The notes beneath the pieces are model-generated. The model worked only from the letters and a program-made list of their open reading frames with translations. It was not told the origin of the DNA and did no database searches. Shown here in pieces: positions 61,944 through 64,000 of a stretch of DNA of 64,000 nt (its first letter is position 1; each line of letters opens with the position of its first letter). The translations under genes were made by a program, and so were the position numbers. Source of the stretch: Podarcis melisellensis (Eukaryota); the NCBI GenBank assembly GCA_964234715.1, contig OZ174280.1. One strand, 5' to 3'.

Positions 61944-64000
61944 AATAATAATAATAATAATAATAAATTTTATTTATATCCCGCCCTCCCCAGCCGAAGC
62001 CGGGCTCAGGGCGGCTAACAACACCAAAATAGTGCGACATTATAAAAACATTATAAAAATTAATTAAAATCAAGATTGATGGCAGCCATAAAGTTTTGTA
62101 AAGGTTGCCAGAGGAGGGAGTCAGGCTGCGCCCTAACCAAAGGCCTGGCGGAACAGCTCTGTCTTGCAGGCCCTACGGAAGGATGTCAAGTCCTGCAGGG
62201 CCCTTGTCTCTTGTGACAGAGCATTCCACCAGGTTGGAGCCGCAGCCGAAAAGGCCCTGGCTCTAGTTGAGGCCAGCCTAACCTCTCTGTGGCCTGGGAC
62301 CTTCAAGGTGTTTTTGTTTGAAGACCGTAGGTTCCTCTGTGGGGCATACCACGAGAGGCGGTCCCGTAGGTACGAGGGTCCTAGGCCGTATAGGGCTTTG
62401 AAGGTTAAAACCAGCACCTTAAACCTGATCCTGTACTCCACCGGGAGCCAGTGCAGCTGGTATAGCACTGGATGAATGTGATCTCGCAGCGAAGACCCCG
62501 TAAGGAGTCTCGCTGCGGCATTCTGCACCCGCTGGAGTTTTTGGGTCAGTCTCAAGGGCAGCCCCACGTAGAGCGAGTTACAATAATCCAGTCTGGAGGT
62601 GACCGTCGCGTGGATCACAGTAGCTAGGTCAGGGCGAGAGAGGTAAGGAGCCAACTGCTTAGCTTGGCGGAGATGAAAAAATGCCGCCTTTGTAATAGCT
62701 GCAATCTGCGCCTCCATGGAGAGGGAGGTATCGAAGATTACACCCAAACTCTTAACGGACGGTGCTGGCACTAATTGCACCCCCGCAAGAGATGGGAGCT
62801 GCCCCCTCAGTCCCATATCATCCCGTCCCAGCCAGAGGACCTCTGTCTTCGAAGGATTTAACTTCAACCGGCTCCCACGCAACCATCCAGCCACAGCTTC
62901 CAAGCATCTGATCAGTGTGTCTGGGGCCGAGTCAGGATGGCCATCCATCAACAGATAGAGTTGGGTGTCATCAGCATACTGATGGCAGCCCAGCCCAAAA
63001 CTCCTGACAAGCTGGGCGAGGGGGCGCATAAAGATGTTAAAAAGCATCGGGGAGAGAATCGCACCCTGAGGCACTCCACACACCAAGGAGTGGCACGATG
63101 ACAATTCCCCCCCAAGCGCCACCCTCTGTCCCCGACCAGAGAGAAACGAGCGCAGCCATTGAAGGACTGTGCCCTGGATCCCCACGTCGGCAAGGCGGTG
63201 GTCCAGAAGTTCATGATCGACCATGTCAAAAGCTGCTGACAAATCTAGAAGAATCAGCAGCCCCGACCCGCCTCGATCCAGCTGTCTACGAAGATCATCT
63301 GTTAGGGCAACCAGAGCCGTCTCGGTCCCATGGCCAGCGCGGAAGCCGGACTGGAATGGATCCAGAGCCAATGTTTCATCCAGAAACCCACCAAGCTGTT
63401 CAGCAACCGCTCTCTCAATCACCTTACCCAGGAACGGAAGATTCGAAACCGGGCGGTAATTGGATAGATCTAAAGGATCTAATGATGTTTTCTTTAAGAG
63501 CGGGCGCACCACTGCCTCCTTCAGTTCCCCTGGGAATGTCCCCGTGCCAAGGGACAAATTGATGATATCCCCCAGGAGGGCCCGCACCTCGTCTGGACAC
63601 GCTCTAATCAGCCAAGACGGGCACGGGTCAAGAGGACAGGTGGTGGGCTTTCCAGCTCGGAGGAGTCTGTCCACATCGGCTGGGGATATCCGGTCGAAGT
63701 GGTCCAATACTGGACCCGAGGACAGTCGAGGGGCCTCCAATTCCTTTATTGTATCCAAATTGGCAGGGAGGTCATGGCGGAGCGACAAGACCTTCTCCGC
63801 AAAAAAGCTCGCAAATGCCTCACAGCTGTGTGTCAATTTGTTATTTAAATTTGGCTGTCCTTCGAGGGACGTTAAAGACCGAATTATACTAAATAATTGC
63901 GCCGGGCGAGAGCTAGCGGATGCAATGGAGGCCGAGAAGTAGGACTTCTTAGTGGCCTTCACAGCCATCTCGTAGGTTTTCATAAAAACCCTATAAGATG
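61944..64000 (-). mobile_element. Young L2 LINE, 3' 2 kb; continues beyond the window
   Basis: Intact RT ORF, about 190-nt 3' UTR with a terminal stem-loop, AATAAA and an (ATT)n tail. GC- and CpG-rich relative to the flank. Confidence 0.97.
62133..64000 (-). CDS. L2 ORF2 reverse transcriptase (partial; frame stays open past the window edge)
   Basis: More than 616 aa without a stop. RT motifs NYRPVSNLPFLGKVIE, DPFQSGFR, LLDLSAAFD, GVPQGAILSP, YADDTQLY and LKLNPSKTE, then L2 C-terminal LHWLPVEYRIRFK. Confidence 0.96.
   Translation of the reverse strand, partial: SYRVFMKTYEMAVKATKKSYFSASIASASSRPAQLFSIIRSLTSLEGQPNLNNKLTHSCEAFASFFAEKVLSLRHDLPANLDTIKELEAPRLSSGPVLDHFDRISPADVDRLLRAGKPTTCPLDPCPSWLIRACPDEVRALLGDIINLSLGTGTFPGELKEAVVRPLLKKTSLDPLDLSNYRPVSNLPFLGKVIERAVAEQLGGFLDETLALDPFQSGFRAGHGTETALVALTDDLRRQLDRGGSGLLILLDLSAAFDMVDHELLDHRLADVGIQGTVLQWLRSFLSGRGQRVALGGELSSCHSLVCGVPQGAILSPMLFNIFMRPLAQLVRSFGLGCHQYADDTQLYLLMDGHPDSAPDTLIRCLEAVAGWLRGSRLKLNPSKTEVLWLGRDDMGLRGQLPSLAGVQLVPAPSVKSLGVIFDTSLSMEAQIAAITKAAFFHLRQAKQLAPYLSRPDLATVIHATVTSRLDYCNSLYVGLPLRLTQKLQRVQNAAARLLTGSSLRDHIHPVLYQLHWLPVEYRIRFKVLVLTFKALYGLGPSYLRDRLSWYAPQRNLRSSNKNTLKVPGHREVRLASTRARAFSAAAPTWWNALSQETRALQDLTSFRRACKTELFRQAFG

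Noticed and set aside
62164-63942. Plus-strand ORFs of 78-160 aa overlapping the L2
   Set aside because: Antisense shadows of the GC-rich L2 ORF2.
1-64000. Prokaryotic systems (CRISPR arrays, operons, defence islands)
   Set aside because: The sequence is eukaryotic, repeat-rich DNA with no repeat-spacer array or gene-dense segment.

Overview
Vertebrate genomic DNA, almost certainly from a lacertid lizard. It carries Sauria/Squam1, Squam2-like and Squam3-like SINEs, Bov-B, L2, CR1 and L1 relics, and many hAT and Tc1/mariner MITEs. There are four N-gaps. No host protein-coding gene could be recognised, so the window reads as a large intron or gene desert, with several unique stretches that look like enhancers. 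The only convincing coding sequence is the uninterrupted reverse-transcriptase ORF of a young L2 LINE running off the right edge (minus strand). Nearly all other listed ORFs are chance, repeat-derived or gap artefacts. Best lead: two diverged LTR-like elements (30.8-31.5 kb + and 36.1-36.7 kb -) each keep a hairpin with a two-sided U-rich internal loop and covarying stems, lying between a TATA box and AATAAA. This matches the architecture of ENE poly(A) triple-helix stability elements. Other leads are a Penelope-type minimal hammerhead relic, a GATA/E-box composite cluster, a TIR element carrying a Bov-B fragment, a candidate 12-nt microexon and a short templated insertion. Family names come from recall of consensus sequences, not from database searches.
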